A stretch of DNA of 64,000 nt. Origin: an uncultured Bacteriovoracaceae bacterium. Its GTDB lineage: Bacteria; Bdellovibrionota; UBA1018; UBA923. Where the stretch lies: positions 4,524-68,523 of the forward strand of contig CAZNGN010000009.1 of the NCBI GenBank assembly GCA_964572865.1, written 5' to 3'. How positions within the stretch are numbered: position 1 is the first letter of the stretch; each line of letters opens with the position of its first letter. Below the pieces are notes generated by a model. That model was not told the origin of the DNA, ran no database searches, and saw nothing but the letters and a program-made list of their open reading frames with translations. Positions 9,538 to 19,445 of the stretch are shown piece by piece. The position numbers and the translations under genes are program-made.

Positions 9538-10080
9538 ATGGCTTTAAAAGACAAGAAACAAGAAGCATTAGATAAAACACGCTCACGTGTTGGTCGATCT
9601 TTATTAAAATATTTCAATCCTATTCGTATTGCTTCAACTGAAGCTCATATCATTAAGAATTTTAAATCAAAATTTGGTCCCAAAAAAGAGAACCAAAAAG
9701 TAGATAACCTAACTGAAACGCAAGTTGCAGACAAACTAACTGAATCTTCAAATTCAATCGTTAGTTCACCAGTTCCACCGCCGAATTCTAATTGGTTAAA
9801 CGTTGTCGTTTACTTACTTGATACATGTAAAAATGTTACCAAGAAAATGGGTAAGAAATTAGCATTCCAATCTTACAAACACGTGCTTGATACTTCTATG
9901 AAGCAAAAAATGAAAATTGTAGGATCAATTGTAAATACATCTTCTGAAGTAGCAGAAGAAAAGGCTCTTGCGAAAATTGAATTAGAAAGAGCTAAAAAAG
10001 AAGAGCATGCAATTGCGTTGGCACAATTATTAGCTGAAGAAACGGAAGAAGCTGCTAAGTATAAAAAGAAATCAGCTTAA
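9538..10080 (+). CDS. Hypothetical protein
   Basis: Good SD (AAGGAG) upstream. Lys/Glu-rich helical C-terminus. No family recognised. Confidence 0.5.
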   Translation: MALKDKKQEALDKTRSRVGRSLLKYFNPIRIASTEAHIIKNFKSKFGPKKENQKVDNLTETQVADKLTESSNSIVSSPVPPPNSNWLNVVVYLLDTCKNVTKKMGKKLAFQSYKHVLDTSMKQKMKIVGSIVNTSSEVAEEKALAKIELERAKKEEHAIALAQLLAEETEEAAKYKKKSA

Positions 10081-11115
10081 TTCAGATTTATAACGTAAAT
10101 AAAACAATCCGCCGATTAAACTCATGATCAACTGAAAGCTTACAAAAGCTGTGAACAGGTCTGCTCCTGATTTTGATCCAACCAATTGAAATAGTCCTAA
10201 AAATGCTGCGTGACCTGTTCCTAGTCCTGCAGGAGCAATCGGAATTGCCGTAACTAAAAGTCCAAATGGAACTAGAAAATAAAATTTATCCAAACCGATT
10301 CCTTCAAAACCAGGCAAATGGTGTGCTAATATTACAATTGTAGATATTAATAATAAGTGAATCACTACTGAAATTAAGAATCCTTTTACTACAGTAAATT
10401 TAGAAGATTCATATGCTTTAAAAGCATTAAAAAGTTTAACAAATATTTCACCCATTGGAAGTTTACCTAACCAAGTTTGAATTTTTTCTGTAAATGGAAT
10501 TCGAATTAAAACAAAACTATAAAAAATGATAATTCCAACTAACAAAAGTGAAATCATTCCACACAATGGTTTTAAAGTAGGATTTGCTAACGAGCTTTTT
10601 AAATTTACCAACATTGCACAAAAAGAAACGAAAATGAGTGCACTTAATCCTAATATTCGATCTAGAAGTAAAGTAGTAAATGCTTTTACCTTTCCTTTTC
10701 CATCTGATTGTTTTTTAACTACGTAATATCCTTTGATCACATCTCCAGAAACCGCACCAGGAATCGCCGTATTAAAAAAAACTCCTATCATTGTTAATGA
10801 AATTGTCTCATGTAAAGAAACATCTAAACCTTGTCCTTGCAATAACCATCTCCAACGAAATACTCCTGCCAACTGATTTAAAACAATGATTGTAAACGTA
10901 ATTGTTACAATTGGCACGTTTGTCATGACAGCATGTACACGTGAAAAGTCTAATAAACCTTTTTGATATAGGTACGTAAGAATTCCGAACGTTATTCCAA
11001 ATTTTAAAATGTTAGAAATGATTTTTTTAATTGGATTTTGAACGGGAGCATTCTCACCGTTATCGTGATTGTCGCTTTTGTTTGAAGAAGTTTTTGAAAA
11101 TTGTGTCTGCAACAT
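10072..11115 (-). CDS. Lysylphosphatidylglycerol-synthase-TM-region-like (UPF0104, flippase-like) integral membrane protein
   Basis: About 8 predicted TM helices, with the hydrophobicity and length pattern typical of MprF N-domain-like proteins. The start is uncertain (56-nt overlap with the upstream gene). Confidence 0.5.
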   Translation of the reverse strand: MLQTQFSKTSSNKSDNHDNGENAPVQNPIKKIISNILKFGITFGILTYLYQKGLLDFSRVHAVMTNVPIVTITFTIIVLNQLAGVFRWRWLLQGQGLDVSLHETISLTMIGVFFNTAIPGAVSGDVIKGYYVVKKQSDGKGKVKAFTTLLLDRILGLSALIFVSFCAMLVNLKSSLANPTLKPLCGMISLLLVGIIIFYSFVLIRIPFTEKIQTWLGKLPMGEIFVKLFNAFKAYESSKFTVVKGFLISVVIHLLLISTIVILAHHLPGFEGIGLDKFYFLVPFGLLVTAIPIAPAGLGTGHAAFLGLFQLVGSKSGADLFTAFVSFQLIMSLIGGLFYLRYKSELS

Positions 11116-11773
11116 GTTTTGAATACAATGACTTTGCCATTCCTACCCCAAAAATGCAATCTTTTGGCTTATCTTTCAGTCTGTTTTTAATCGTAGTTTC
11201 ACCCTTTTGAGCGTTTCGCTCTGGGTGAAATTGAATACCAAAAATAGGTTTTTCTAAATGATAATATGCCTGAATTGAGCAACGATCACTTTGAGCGGTT
11301 ACAACAAAATCTTTTGGTAACGCACGTACTTCTTCGACATGACTTTGAAAAGAATGAAACGTTTCATCTAGACCTAAAAACAATGGATGTTTTTCTTTAT
11401 TTTGTGAAATTTTAACCCAACCAAACTCAGGAGTCTGAGAAGATCCAACTGCCGTTTTTCCGTGAAACGCTCGAGCAATCATTTGATGTCCAAAACAAAC
11501 ACCTAAAATTGGAATCTCAAGTTCCACCGTTTTATGAATCAATGAAATTAATTCGTCAACCCAAGCTGACTCTTCTTCGCAACTCGTTCTCGAGCCAGAC
11601 AATATCACATGAGAATATTGTTCCATATTTTGTGGCCAATCTCTCTGCGGGGCTCTTCTCACCTCTACAAAAACATTATCAATGTTAGTAAAATGCTCAC
11701 GAAAATCTGTGCCCATCGAGTAAGGCTGATCTAATGTATTATCAATAATTAAGAGGTTAATCTTCGTATTCAT
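11060..11773 (-). CDS. Class I glutamine amidotransferase-like protein
   Basis: GATase1 catalytic Cys block GVCFGHQ and His block FHPE. Confidence 0.6.
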   Translation of the reverse strand: MNTKINLLIIDNTLDQPYSMGTDFREHFTNIDNVFVEVRRAPQRDWPQNMEQYSHVILSGSRTSCEEESAWVDELISLIHKTVELEIPILGVCFGHQMIARAFHGKTAVGSSQTPEFGWVKISQNKEKHPLFLGLDETFHSFQSHVEEVRALPKDFVVTAQSDRCSIQAYYHLEKPIFGIQFHPERNAQKGETTIKNRLKDKPKDCIFGVGMAKSLYSKHVADTIFKNFFKQKRQSR

Positions 11774-12552
11774 TTTTGCTTAAATTTTTCGTTTTGAAGC
11801 TCAAAAAGAAATGAATATTTCATAAATACACTATGAGCAGCATTTACAGAAATGATAAATCCTGCCAAACCATCTAACATGCCAAGTTTTAAAATATATG
11901 TTTCAAAAAATTTACTGATTGGTTTAAAAATTAATTTTAAAATGGTTGCTTTTTTATTTTTGGAATGAAGTTGGTCTGCGCCCTGCTTAGCATATTTCAA
12001 ATTGGTCCTTAGTTGATCTGAAATATCTGAAAAAGTATAATGCAACATAGGATTTTTTAAATTTCGTACTTCACCTTCAATTGTTAACTCTTCATGAACA
12101 GCGGGTTCAGTCCATTTTGAAATACTTTTTTTACATAATCGAGTTACATAATTTGGATACCAACCGCCATATTGAATCCATTTTCCTAAATAAAAAGTTT
12201 TACGGGCGATAAAATAACCAGAAGCTGGATTTTGAGATTGAATTTCAATTAGAATTTCGTTTTTTAATTCTGTCGTAACAACTTCGTCTGCATCTAAGTT
12301 TAAAACCCATTCATTTTTAGCTTGCTGCATTGCGAAGTTTTTTTGCGCACCATATCCACGCCAGGGTTCTTGAATTACTTTTGCACCATATTTTTTAGCA
12401 ACTTCTACAGTTCGATCGGTACTGCCAGAATCAATTAGAATAATTTCGTCGCAAAACTTTAGGCTTTCTAAGCAGCGCGGCAAATCTTTTTCTTCGTTTA
12501 GTGCTATCACTGTTGCTGAAATCATACGTTTCATTCTAACAGGTCGTATCAA
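11770..12552 (-). CDS. Glycosyltransferase family 2
   Basis: ISATVIALNEE...IILIDSGSTDRT and LDADE (DxD). GT-A fold, LPS-core-type. Confidence 0.75.
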   Translation of the reverse strand: MIRPVRMKRMISATVIALNEEKDLPRCLESLKFCDEIILIDSGSTDRTVEVAKKYGAKVIQEPWRGYGAQKNFAMQQAKNEWVLNLDADEVVTTELKNEILIEIQSQNPASGYFIARKTFYLGKWIQYGGWYPNYVTRLCKKSISKWTEPAVHEELTIEGEVRNLKNPMLHYTFSDISDQLRTNLKYAKQGADQLHSKNKKATILKLIFKPISKFFETYILKLGMLDGLAGFIISVNAAHSVFMKYSFLFELQNEKFKQK

Positions 12553-12645
12553 CTTTTCAAATGCCTTTGCAAATCATTGCTTTATTTTAATGAAACCGAT
12601 AAATATAAGCATTGTTATTTTTTTAAACGGAGAAATGATTTTTTT

Positions 12646-13956
12646 ATGAAAATTGGCGTTTTAGGAACTGGATATGTAGGACTCGTAGCTGGCACTTGCT
12701 TTGCTGAAAATGGTAATGATGTCACATGCGTAGATGTGAATCCTGAAAAAATTAATAAATTAAATAATGGAGAAATTCCAATTTATGAACCAGGCTTAGA
12801 AGAACTTGTAAAACGGAACTCTAAAGAAGGACGCTTAAAGTTTACAACTGACTCTGCTGCAGCCATTCGAGCTTCAGAAATTATTTTCATAGCTGTAGGA
12901 ACACCATCGTCAACAGATGGATCTGCTGACCTTGCTCTTTTTATGAAAGCTGGCGAAACAATTGCAGAAAACATGAATGATTACAAAATCATCGTAAATA
13001 AATCTACTGTGCCTGTGGGAACTGCTGCAAAATTAGAAAAAGTAGTTCGAGCTAAGACTCAAAAAGAATTTGATATTGTTTCGAATCCTGAGTTTTTAAA
13101 AGAAGGATCTGCGATTGATGACTTTTTAAAGCCAGATCGTGTAGTGATCGGAACATCTAAAGAAAAGGTATATCAAACAATGGCTCGCTTATATGCTCCG
13201 TTTGTTCGCAACGGAAATCCAATCATTTGGATGAGCAATGTTTCTGCAGAAATGACAAAATATGCGGCAAACTCATTTCTTGCTACCAAAATTTCTTTTA
13301 TGAATGAAGTAGCTAACTTATGCGAATTAGTTGGCGCAGATGTAGAAAGTGTTCGTAAAGGAATTTCTACTGACGTTCGAATTGGAAAACACTTTTTATA
13401 CGCAGGTGCTGGATATGGTGGATCTTGTTTTCCGAAAGATGTGAAAGCAATGATTAAAACCGCTAAAGACAACCAAATGGAATTACAGATTGTAAGTTCA
13501 GCAGAAAAAGTAAATGAAAAACAAAAGTCTTTCTTGTTCGATAAAATTACAAAACATTTTGGAAAAGATTTAAAAGGAAAAACTTTTGGCATTTGGGGAT
13601 TAGCATTTAAACCAAATACTGATGATATGAGAGAAGCTCCTGCATTAGTTATGATTGAAAAACTAGCAGCAGCTGGCGCAACCTTACGCGCTTATGATCC
13701 AGTTGCTATGCATGAAGCCAAAAAACACATTGGCAAAAATGTTAATATCCAATTTGTAGAAAATCCATATAATGCACTAGAATCCGCTGACGCTATGGTA
13801 CTCATGACAGAGTGGAATGAGTTCAGAAATCCAGACTTCAACAAAGTGAAATCTTTATTAAAGTCAGAAATTATTTTTGATGGCAGAAATGTATTTGATC
13901 CAATGTCTATGAAAGATCTGGGCTTTACTTATTATGCGGTTGGAAGAGCTATTTAA
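12646..13956 (+). CDS. ugd: UDP-glucose 6-dehydrogenase
   Basis: N-terminal MKIGVLGTGYVGLV Rossmann fold, catalytic GGSCFPKD. The ORF track starts at 12577; the internal Met at 12646 is the conserved start. Confidence 0.9.
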   Translation: MKIGVLGTGYVGLVAGTCFAENGNDVTCVDVNPEKINKLNNGEIPIYEPGLEELVKRNSKEGRLKFTTDSAAAIRASEIIFIAVGTPSSTDGSADLALFMKAGETIAENMNDYKIIVNKSTVPVGTAAKLEKVVRAKTQKEFDIVSNPEFLKEGSAIDDFLKPDRVVIGTSKEKVYQTMARLYAPFVRNGNPIIWMSNVSAEMTKYAANSFLATKISFMNEVANLCELVGADVESVRKGISTDVRIGKHFLYAGAGYGGSCFPKDVKAMIKTAKDNQMELQIVSSAEKVNEKQKSFLFDKITKHFGKDLKGKTFGIWGLAFKPNTDDMREAPALVMIEKLAAAGATLRAYDPVAMHEAKKHIGKNVNIQFVENPYNALESADAMVLMTEWNEFRNPDFNKVKSLLKSEIIFDGRNVFDPMSMKDLGFTYYAVGRAI

Positions 13957-13977
13957 TTTCAAACCATAGAGGGTTCC

Positions 13978-14802
13978 ATGCTCGTTGCTGCCATACAATT
14001 AACATCTAAAAACAATAAGAAAAAAAATCTTGCTGTTGCTAAAGATTTAATGATTCGTGCAGTAAGGCAGGGAGCTGAGCTCATTTGTTTACCAGAATAT
14101 TTTTCATTTATCGGTTCACGCTCAGAGCTTTTCAAAGAAGCTGAGATGCCATACAAAGGAACCGCTTTTGAGTTTTGTAAAAACTTTGCAAAAGAACACA
14201 AAATTTATGTTCTTGCTGGCTCAATCCCAACTCATGATGAAAAAAAAGTAAAAGATAAAAAGTTATTTAACCGCTCAACTCTTTTTGATCCAAAAGGTTC
14301 TGTGGCTGGTATGTATGATAAAATTCATTTATTCAATTCAGAACTTGCTGACTCAAAAGGTTTTAATGAAGCAGACACGTTTCAACCTGGCTCAATGATT
14401 TCAACAGCGGATACACCGTTTGGTACTGTTGGATTTACCGTTTGTTATGATTTGCGTTTTCCAGAATTATTTAGATCGTTAGCAGTTCGTGGGTCTCGAA
14501 TTGTTTTTGTACCCTCTGCATTCACAATGTATACAGGTAAGGATCATTGGCTTGCTCTATTGAGAGCACGCGCAATTGAAAATCAGGTTTACATTATTGC
14601 TCCGGCTCAATACGGACAACATTCTGACAGTAAAAAATCATTTGGCAAATCTTGTATCATTGATCCATGGGGCAACACTGTAGCTTTAGCTCCAGATTGT
14701 GAAACGGTAATTACGGCTGAAATTGACTTCAAGTTTCAAACCAAAATTAGAAAAGAGCTTCCTGTTTTAAAACACTTCAGAAAAGATTTATTTCAGTTTT
14801 AA
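13978..14802 (+). CDS. Carbon-nitrogen hydrolase (nitrilase superfamily)
   Basis: The Glu-Lys-Cys triad context (LPEYF, K...H, VCYDLRFPE) is typical of the CN_hydrolase family. Confidence 0.85.
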   Translation: MLVAAIQLTSKNNKKKNLAVAKDLMIRAVRQGAELICLPEYFSFIGSRSELFKEAEMPYKGTAFEFCKNFAKEHKIYVLAGSIPTHDEKKVKDKKLFNRSTLFDPKGSVAGMYDKIHLFNSELADSKGFNEADTFQPGSMISTADTPFGTVGFTVCYDLRFPELFRSLAVRGSRIVFVPSAFTMYTGKDHWLALLRARAIENQVYIIAPAQYGQHSDSKKSFGKSCIIDPWGNTVALAPDCETVITAEIDFKFQTKIRKELPVLKHFRKDLFQF

Positions 14803-15662
14803 GTTTGCTTAGTTAAATATTGAACCAATTGTTCATCAGTTAGCTTTACAATACCATTTTTACACGCAGAAGATTGTCTTTGGGTAAGTTGTTTTAACTT
14901 AAGCTTATTTCCTTCACTTTCAGAGAGTCTATCATGCCAAACATGGTATTGAATCGCGAGTCCCTTAAGTGATTTGATTTTTAGTCCTAAAAACTGAAGT
15001 CTTAATTCTAAGTCGGTATCTTCTCGAGCATACCCTTCATAGTCTTCGTCAAAACCATTTACTTTAAATAATGATTCGCGATCTACAGAAAAGTTGCAAC
15101 CTTTCATGTCGTCAATTCGATCCATTTTCAAAAGTTTTCTTAATGTTGAATTATAAATGGGAATTGATCTATGCCAATATTCTGAGTCTTTTTCGATTGA
15201 ACTAAATAAAACTCCCAAATTAGGTCGATTTAAATCGCCACGCAAAACCATCTCGGGTGTTAAATCATTTGAATATTTAGGACCTAAATCAACTCTTCGT
15301 CCTGCTAAGTAGTAACCTTTTTGGCGATACTTTAAATGATTTTTTACAAAATCTTTATGAGGAATACAGTCGCCATCAATAAAAATAAAATAATCTGATT
15401 TTGATTTACGAATTGCTTCGTTGAGAATTTTTGTTTTTCGATAACCTAAATCTTGCTGCCATGAATGTACAATTTGAAAGGGCGTACGATCCATGTATCT
15501 TTCAATAACATCAGAAGTTTCTGAAGTTGATCCATCATCTGCAATCTGTAATTCAAAGTTTTTTTCTGTTTGAATTTGAAGACCTGCCAACGCCAGCTCT
15601 AAATGCTTTGGCTGGTTATAAGTAGACATGATTACAGAAGCTAGTGGTTTTGGCCTTGTCAT
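14799..15662 (-). CDS. Glycosyltransferase family 2 with a C-terminal galactosyltransferase-like domain
   Basis: SVIMSTYN...IADDGSTSET and IDGD. C-terminal CNFSVDRE...GFDEDYEGYAREDTDL, which is Glyco_transf_7C-like. Confidence 0.8.
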   Translation of the reverse strand: MTRPKPLASVIMSTYNQPKHLELALAGLQIQTEKNFELQIADDGSTSETSDVIERYMDRTPFQIVHSWQQDLGYRKTKILNEAIRKSKSDYFIFIDGDCIPHKDFVKNHLKYRQKGYYLAGRRVDLGPKYSNDLTPEMVLRGDLNRPNLGVLFSSIEKDSEYWHRSIPIYNSTLRKLLKMDRIDDMKGCNFSVDRESLFKVNGFDEDYEGYAREDTDLELRLQFLGLKIKSLKGLAIQYHVWHDRLSESEGNKLKLKQLTQRQSSACKNGIVKLTDEQLVQYLTKQT

Positions 15663-15667
15663 ATTTA

Positions 15668-16594
15668 CTATTTTATTAACTTATAATTCTTAAATTCAAA
15701 AGGACGATATCCTGTTATTTTTTCAATCCAACCAGATATTACCTTCCAAATGTCTTTAGTTTCAAAAACAAAGGGGAGTTTGTCTATATCTAGCATTGTT
15801 GCGGCGCGCAGACGGTTGCTCATTACTTTCGGATGAGTTCCTTTGAAAGAATGTAAACCTACAAATCGTTTATATAAGTAATTATCGCCAGTTGCGGGAA
15901 GGTCTTCTTTAGCGTCTGTAGTTTTTTGATGATAGAGAGAATCCATAAAAACTGTTTTTTTCTTCATCGTCTCTTGAGGACGAACCCAACCATAATGAAA
16001 AATTCTAGCCTTTGTCAGAATCGCATTCAGTTTACTTCCATCTGCATGTAAAAAACTTTGCGCATCTCCCGTAGATCGAATTCCCAAATGATTTCTAACG
16101 ATTCGAATTTCTCGTCGATATGAGGAACGAGAGGTTTGAATGACATTAAAGTTTCCATAAAAATGTACATACTGAAATACGATAGCTTGAATTTCGCTTT
16201 TTAAATTTGCCTGTTTTACTGTGTTCAATATTTCTGCATAATCTTCTTCATGAACGACCTCATCTGCCTGAAGATAAAAACACCAATCTCCTAAACATTT
16301 TTGTAAAGCCATGTTCGTCTGATCCGCTAAAATTCTTCCACCTTTTTTTTGTTCAGGGTCATCTAGTGGCCAATTCGAATCAAACGTACGAATTTTGGAT
16401 GCATTCTCTTTTGATAAAGATTGTACCCATTTTTGAATGACTTCTTTTGTTTGATCAGATGAAATTCCAATATTTATTACAAATTCATCAACTACGGGAA
16501 GAATTGAATTAAAAGATTCAATGAATGGAAAGTCAAACTCAACTCCATTGCGTATGATCGTAAATGCAGAAATCTTAAATTGTTTAGATAGCAT
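15668..16594 (-). CDS. Putative glycosyltransferase (paralog A of 17707..18918)
   Basis: FTIIRNGVEFDFPF...VDEFVINIG...YLQADEVVHEED. Sits within a GT cluster and is clearly paralogous to the ORF at 17707..18918. Confidence 0.45.
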   Translation of the reverse strand: MLSKQFKISAFTIIRNGVEFDFPFIESFNSILPVVDEFVINIGISSDQTKEVIQKWVQSLSKENASKIRTFDSNWPLDDPEQKKGGRILADQTNMALQKCLGDWCFYLQADEVVHEEDYAEILNTVKQANLKSEIQAIVFQYVHFYGNFNVIQTSRSSYRREIRIVRNHLGIRSTGDAQSFLHADGSKLNAILTKARIFHYGWVRPQETMKKKTVFMDSLYHQKTTDAKEDLPATGDNYLYKRFVGLHSFKGTHPKVMSNRLRAATMLDIDKLPFVFETKDIWKVISGWIEKITGYRPFEFKNYKLIK

Positions 16595-17714
16595 GTTTGT
16601 TTAACTCAAAAAGTGGAAGCACTTTTTTATAAACTTGATCTACAGAAATTAAACTCATGCACTGATTTTTATATGTTTTACAAACCTCTACGGAGCACCA
16701 ATGCTTGCCTTGCTCCGTTCGGCAAGCTAGCTCATTAATAAATTCAAATGGATTTCGATCTGTCTCATACGGGTGCCATTCTCTTGGCAATTCAGGGCCG
16801 AACATTGTCATTGTTGGTAGCCCAAGGCCAACTGCTGCATGTTTTAATCCGGAATCGTTACCTACAAAAACATCACAACAAGAAATAACGGCGGCCGTTT
16901 TTCGTAAACTTAAATTATTTAGGAATAAAAAATTCTTTTTTAAATCAGGCGTATTTTCAAGTTGTTCATGAAATTTATCAACCAATGCTTTTTCATTTTT
17001 TGTTGTTACAACGACAAAGCGAACATTCATTTTATGCGACAATCGATTTGCCAAATCTATAAAATGATCTACGGGCCAAAGTTTAGTTTTTCTGCCAGCA
17101 GAAATTCCAAAGAATACAATTTTTGATTTTTTAAAATCTTTTAACTCATCTTTTGCCCAAGACTTTTCTTGTTCGTTCAACCGAATTTCTGGATAAGAAT
17201 CTTCAATGATTGGCTTTAGTTGAATCGCACGCAAAATATCTAAATCTCGATCAATGATATTTTTAACGTTTCCTCGACCTGGAACATTTACATCTGAAAA
17301 CCAATTACGACCTTTTAAGTCATGATGATTAGAAATTAATTTTTCTGCTCTCAGCAATTTTGAAAAAAATGCGGTTCTGACTGAGGCATGAAAGTTCAAA
17401 ACCATTTCATATCGTTTTGCCCTCAATCTTTTAACCAACCTTGCCCAATATGCAATTTTTTCAATTCTACCTTCTGGTTCTTTGATACAGATTAAATGGT
17501 CAACATAAGGCAATTCTTCAAGTAATTCTCCGCCAGGCGCTTTTACGATGACATCAATCTTAAAATAGGGGTGAGCAATCTTTAGTAAGCGCAATGGACC
17601 TGTAAGCAATATCGAGTCTCCGATGCCGCGCGTTTTAATTACCAAAATTCTCCGAGTTGGAATTTGAAATGCCATTTGTTTCAGCATATCATGACTTGAA
17701 GCCGGTTTGAACAC
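16584..17714 (-). CDS. Glycosyltransferase family 9 (LPS heptosyltransferase-like)
   Basis: RILVIKTRGIGDSILLTGPL and FVGNDSGLKHAAVGLGLP, the GT9 signatures. The true start is perhaps the internal Met at about 17675. Confidence 0.8.
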   Translation of the reverse strand: MFKPASSHDMLKQMAFQIPTRRILVIKTRGIGDSILLTGPLRLLKIAHPYFKIDVIVKAPGGELLEELPYVDHLICIKEPEGRIEKIAYWARLVKRLRAKRYEMVLNFHASVRTAFFSKLLRAEKLISNHHDLKGRNWFSDVNVPGRGNVKNIIDRDLDILRAIQLKPIIEDSYPEIRLNEQEKSWAKDELKDFKKSKIVFFGISAGRKTKLWPVDHFIDLANRLSHKMNVRFVVVTTKNEKALVDKFHEQLENTPDLKKNFLFLNNLSLRKTAAVISCCDVFVGNDSGLKHAAVGLGLPTMTMFGPELPREWHPYETDRNPFEFINELACRTEQGKHWCSVEVCKTYKNQCMSLISVDQVYKKVLPLFELNKHAI

Positions 17715-18918
17715 AATGAAACCAATATTTTTAAGCGGATTTACTTTTATTCGAAATGCTGTGAAATATGATTTTCCGATTCAGGAGTGCATTGAATCGA
17801 TGCTCCCGCTCGTCGACGAGTTAGTGATAAATGTCGGCAAATCAGAAGATGGTACTGAACTGATAATGCAGAAAATTGCTGCATCTAATCCTAAAATCAA
17901 ATTAATTTATTCCGTATGGGATGACTCTAAAATTAAAGATGGAATCATCTTAAGCGAGCAAACCAATATTGCACTCGACGCATGCTCAGGAAAATGGTGT
18001 TTATACCTTCAAGGAGATGAGTGCATCCATGAAGCGGATCAAGATATAATTGAAAAAGAGTTAGTTAAAGAAACTCAAAAATCAAACCCATGTGATGGTT
18101 TTCGATTTCGATATTTACATTTTTACGGAGGATACTCACTCATTCAACGATCATGGAACTGGTATCCTTCTGAAATTCGAATCATTAGAAAAGATTCAGG
18201 ATTAAAAAGCTTTGGAGACGCTCAAACCTTTAAAATTCCAAATTCAGTAAATGCGAACACACGATTAATAGATGCGAGAATCTTTCACTATGGACACGCA
18301 CGCGATCCCATGAAAATGCAAAATAAAATTTCTTATTTTCATCGATTTTGGCATGGCGACGATCATGGCATCAAAGTAGATAAAGCTTACACTATTGATT
18401 TAAAAAATCTTGTTTGGTACTGGGGCACTCACCCACTTTGTTTTCGTTCACGTGTTTCAAGTGGTGCCGCATGGACTCTACAACCTAAAGATTTATTTCA
18501 ACAAAAATTTAAACAAATTGCAATTTTAGCTGGCAAATTTGATTTAACATTAGCAGATGAAATTAGAGGAATGCTACTTTCTCATGGATACACTAATGAG
18601 CAAATTCACATCATCACTAGAATTACAGCTTGGGGACATTTTATTGCAAAAAATTTAAAAAATAGAAATCATAATGCATTGGTTGATCTAACCGCAGAAT
18701 ACAGATCACCACTACATTTTTGGTTCACATTTACAGATTGTTTATTTGCTTTTAAAAATAGAATCGCTCACGTTCCTTCTGGAAAAATATCTAAAACAAG
18801 GGCGTGGTTATATACCGCTTTTTCATTTGGTAAACATGAAGTGTCTGCAGAAGGTTTTCAAATATCAGAAATTCACTATGCTAGGCAAATTTTGCGGTGG
18901 CTTGGATTAAACTGCTAA
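17707..18918 (+). CDS. Putative glycosyltransferase (paralog B of 15668..16594)
   Basis: FTFIRNAVKYDFPI...VDELVINVG...YLQGDECIHEAD. Has an approximately 100-aa C-terminal extension relative to paralog A. Confidence 0.45.
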   Translation: MNTMKPIFLSGFTFIRNAVKYDFPIQECIESMLPLVDELVINVGKSEDGTELIMQKIAASNPKIKLIYSVWDDSKIKDGIILSEQTNIALDACSGKWCLYLQGDECIHEADQDIIEKELVKETQKSNPCDGFRFRYLHFYGGYSLIQRSWNWYPSEIRIIRKDSGLKSFGDAQTFKIPNSVNANTRLIDARIFHYGHARDPMKMQNKISYFHRFWHGDDHGIKVDKAYTIDLKNLVWYWGTHPLCFRSRVSSGAAWTLQPKDLFQQKFKQIAILAGKFDLTLADEIRGMLLSHGYTNEQIHIITRITAWGHFIAKNLKNRNHNALVDLTAEYRSPLHFWFTFTDCLFAFKNRIAHVPSGKISKTRAWLYTAFSFGKHEVSAEGFQISEIHYARQILRWLGLNC

Positions 18919-18979
18919 TTAGACTTATAGGCAAAACTTTTACGTTCAACTGACTTCAAACCATCCGATAAATTAGTAT

Positions 18980-19441
18980 ATGTCTAAGAATGATAACAAA
19001 ATTGAACAGACAGAAGCAATATCTCTATCTAATATTGCCAATACAGTTTTGTATAAAACGGATGATGTTCGAAAGGGACGCGTAGAACCTAAATTAATTG
19101 GTGAAACCACTGAGTCGCCTACAGACACACCAAAACAAACCTTAAATATTTTCAAAAAAGACGTGGAACCACCAACCAGTTCAGAGTCAAATAATGGTTT
19201 ACCTTTTCATGTTGCTGCCCACGAACACATTCAAGATTGGTATTTTAAAGTTGAAAATGAATACTTCGGTCCATTTTCAAAACAAGAGATCAGAAAAGGA
19301 ATTTTAGACGGTGAACTTTCAATTCATACTTATGTAAGCAGTAACATTGAAGGCCCATTCGCAACACTTGAACGCCATCCAGATTTTAATGATATTTTTA
19401 CAGAACTAGCTCGTTTGAAATTATATAAACGAACCGGTTAA
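18980..19441 (+). CDS. Hypothetical protein with a C-terminal DUF4339/GYF-like domain
   Basis: WYF...GPFS...I..G.L pattern in the C-terminal half. Confidence 0.4.
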   Translation: MSKNDNKIEQTEAISLSNIANTVLYKTDDVRKGRVEPKLIGETTESPTDTPKQTLNIFKKDVEPPTSSESNNGLPFHVAAHEHIQDWYFKVENEYFGPFSKQEIRKGILDGELSIHTYVSSNIEGPFATLERHPDFNDIFTELARLKLYKRTG

Positions 19442-19445
19442 CTTC

